Assembly (NCBI RefSeq): GCF_963921235.1
Contig: NC_086108.1
Coordinates: 71,984,001 to 72,048,000 of the forward strand
Reading direction: 5' to 3'
DNA: 64,000 bases
From: Mobula hypostoma
Lineage: Eukaryota
The stretch's first letter is position 1, and each line of letters starts with the position of its first letter. This document shows, one piece after another, positions 62,346 to 64,000 of this stretch. Made by a program: the position numbers and the translations under genes. The notes beneath the pieces are model-generated. The model did no database searches, was not told where the DNA came from, and worked only from the letters and a program-made list of their open reading frames with translations.

Positions 62346-62874
62346 GTACATATCAATGGTGTAACATGCTAGAGAGGTTGAATGGTCCACTCCTATTGCC
62401 CTCTTATTAGTAAAGCAAACTCTGATAATCTGCTATTTGATTATCCAAAATCCCATTGGTTCAGAATCTGCTACTTACAAACTCACTGGGTACCCATTCC
62501 CCCACACTTTAACATTGTCTGTTACTTGTACACACTTTCCTTTTAAGCTGAACAGGTTCCATGTTTTCTATACTCCAACACACGAGAGGGCTCTTTTGCT
62601 CACCAGGTTTTGTTTTCCACACTCCCTTTAAACTTACTGGGCTCCTATTTCCATTGCTACCTTAAACACACAGGGTTCTGCGTCCAGCTTGCTTTAACCT
62701 CACCAAGTTCACTGAAAGCATGATGAGCACTTACCTACTTTGAAACACGAAAAAAAAGTGAAATTGAAATGGGTTGGGGCACTAATATAAATAACACTCA
62801 AAAATCCAGTGTATTTGTGGATTATGTAGAGAAAATTCCATTTTATAGATTGTGTATAATTGAAGTCGCAGTTT

Positions 62875-63795
62875 ATAGCAAATTTATTATCAACGTACAG
62901 ATTTGTCATTAGATACAATCCTGAGATTGATCTTCTAGCAGGCATTCAAAGTAAATACAAGAAACACAATAGAATCATTTGAAGTCAGGACCGATGAACA
63001 ACCAATATGCAAAAGAAAACAAACTGGGCAAATACAAAGAGATAAATAAAGAAATAATACCAGTAAATAAAAAAAGTAATAACTATTGAGAACATAATAT
63101 GAAGAGTTCTTGAAAGTGAGTCCATATGTTGTGGGAATAGTTCAGTGATGGGCGAGGGAAGTTGTCTCCTCTTGTTCAAGAGTCTGATAGTTGATGGGTA
63201 ATAATAGTTCCTGAAACTGGAGGTGTGAGCTTTGAGGAACCTATACCACCTTCTTGATGGGAGCAGTGAGAGGAGAACATGGCCTAGGTGGTTGGTGGTC
63301 CTTGATGATGGACGATGTTTTCCTGTGACGGAGCACCGTGTAGATGTGCTCAATGTGGAGAGGGCTTTACTGTACTTGTATTCACTACTTTTTGATGGCA
63401 TTTCCATTCAAGGGTACTGGTGTTTCCATACCAGTCTGGGATGCAACCAATCGATATACTCACCACTGCATATCTATAGAAGTTTGTCAAAGTTTCAGAG
63501 GATGTGTCATATCTTCACAAACTTCTAAGAAAGTACAGGCACTGCCATGGTTTCTTCATCATGGCACTTGTGTGCTGGGCCCAGGACAGATCCTCTGAAA
63601 TGATAACACCAAGGAGTTGAAAGTTGCTGACCCTCTCCACCTCTGATCCCCCAGTGAGGACTGGCTCATGGACCTCCGGTTTCCTCCTCCTGAAGTCAAC
63701 AATTAGCTCCTTTGTCGTGCTGACATTGAGTGAGAGGTTGTTGTTGTGGCACCACTCAACCAGATTTTCAACCTCCCTCCTATATACTGATTCAT
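62875..63795 (-). mobile_element. Degraded Rex1/Babar-type LINE
   Basis: W.HNNNLSLNVSTTKELIVDFRR, FQLLGVII, and LLSLLPSRRWYRFLKAHTSSFRN. Confidence 0.8.
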
Positions 63796-64000
63796 CAAAG
63801 GTTTCAAAGGTACATTTAATGTCAGAGAAATGTACACAATATACACATCCTGAAATTCTTTTTCTTCACAACCATCCGTGAAAACAGAGGAGTGCCCCAA
63901 AGAATGGATGACAGTTAAACGTTAGAACCCCAAAGCTTCCTCCAGCTCCCCCCTCCCACGTGTAAGCAGCAGCAAAGCGGCAACCCTCCCTCCTCCACCA
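63795..64000 (-). mobile_element. Non-autonomous retroelement 3' end, same family as 32824-33090, runs off the window
   Basis: Minus strand GAATTTCAGGATG..TACATTTCTCTGACATTAAATGTACCTTTGAAACCTTTGA. Confidence 0.6.

Overview
This is repeat-dominated vertebrate DNA with no recognisable multi-exon host gene, so it is probably a large intron or intergenic region. The mix of CR1 LINEs with microsatellite tails, Rex1/Babar-type LINEs, Neptune-type Penelope-like elements (PLEs) and V-SINEs suggests a cartilaginous fish such as a ray or shark (inference). Almost all ORFs in the track come from transposons or are antisense noise. Highlights: (1) A young full-length Gypsy LTR retrotransposon (49432-53903) has no tRNA primer site. 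The 14 nt after its 5' LTR instead match its own LTR across the AATAAA signal, suggesting self-priming and/or poly(A) masking. (2) An old class III (ERV-S/L-like) endogenous retrovirus (29084-33874) has a Ser-type PBS, gag, an RNase H-like remnant and a gamma-type env, but no RT or integrase. (3) Two head-to-head inverted PLE insertions have 14-15 bp TSDs and minimal hammerhead ribozymes. Also present: a Tc1 and a hAT transposon, two solo LTRs, tRNA-derived SINEs, several nested insertions and a few unexplained unique segments with candidate small exons. Coordinates of degraded repeats are approximate, and identities were judged by eye.
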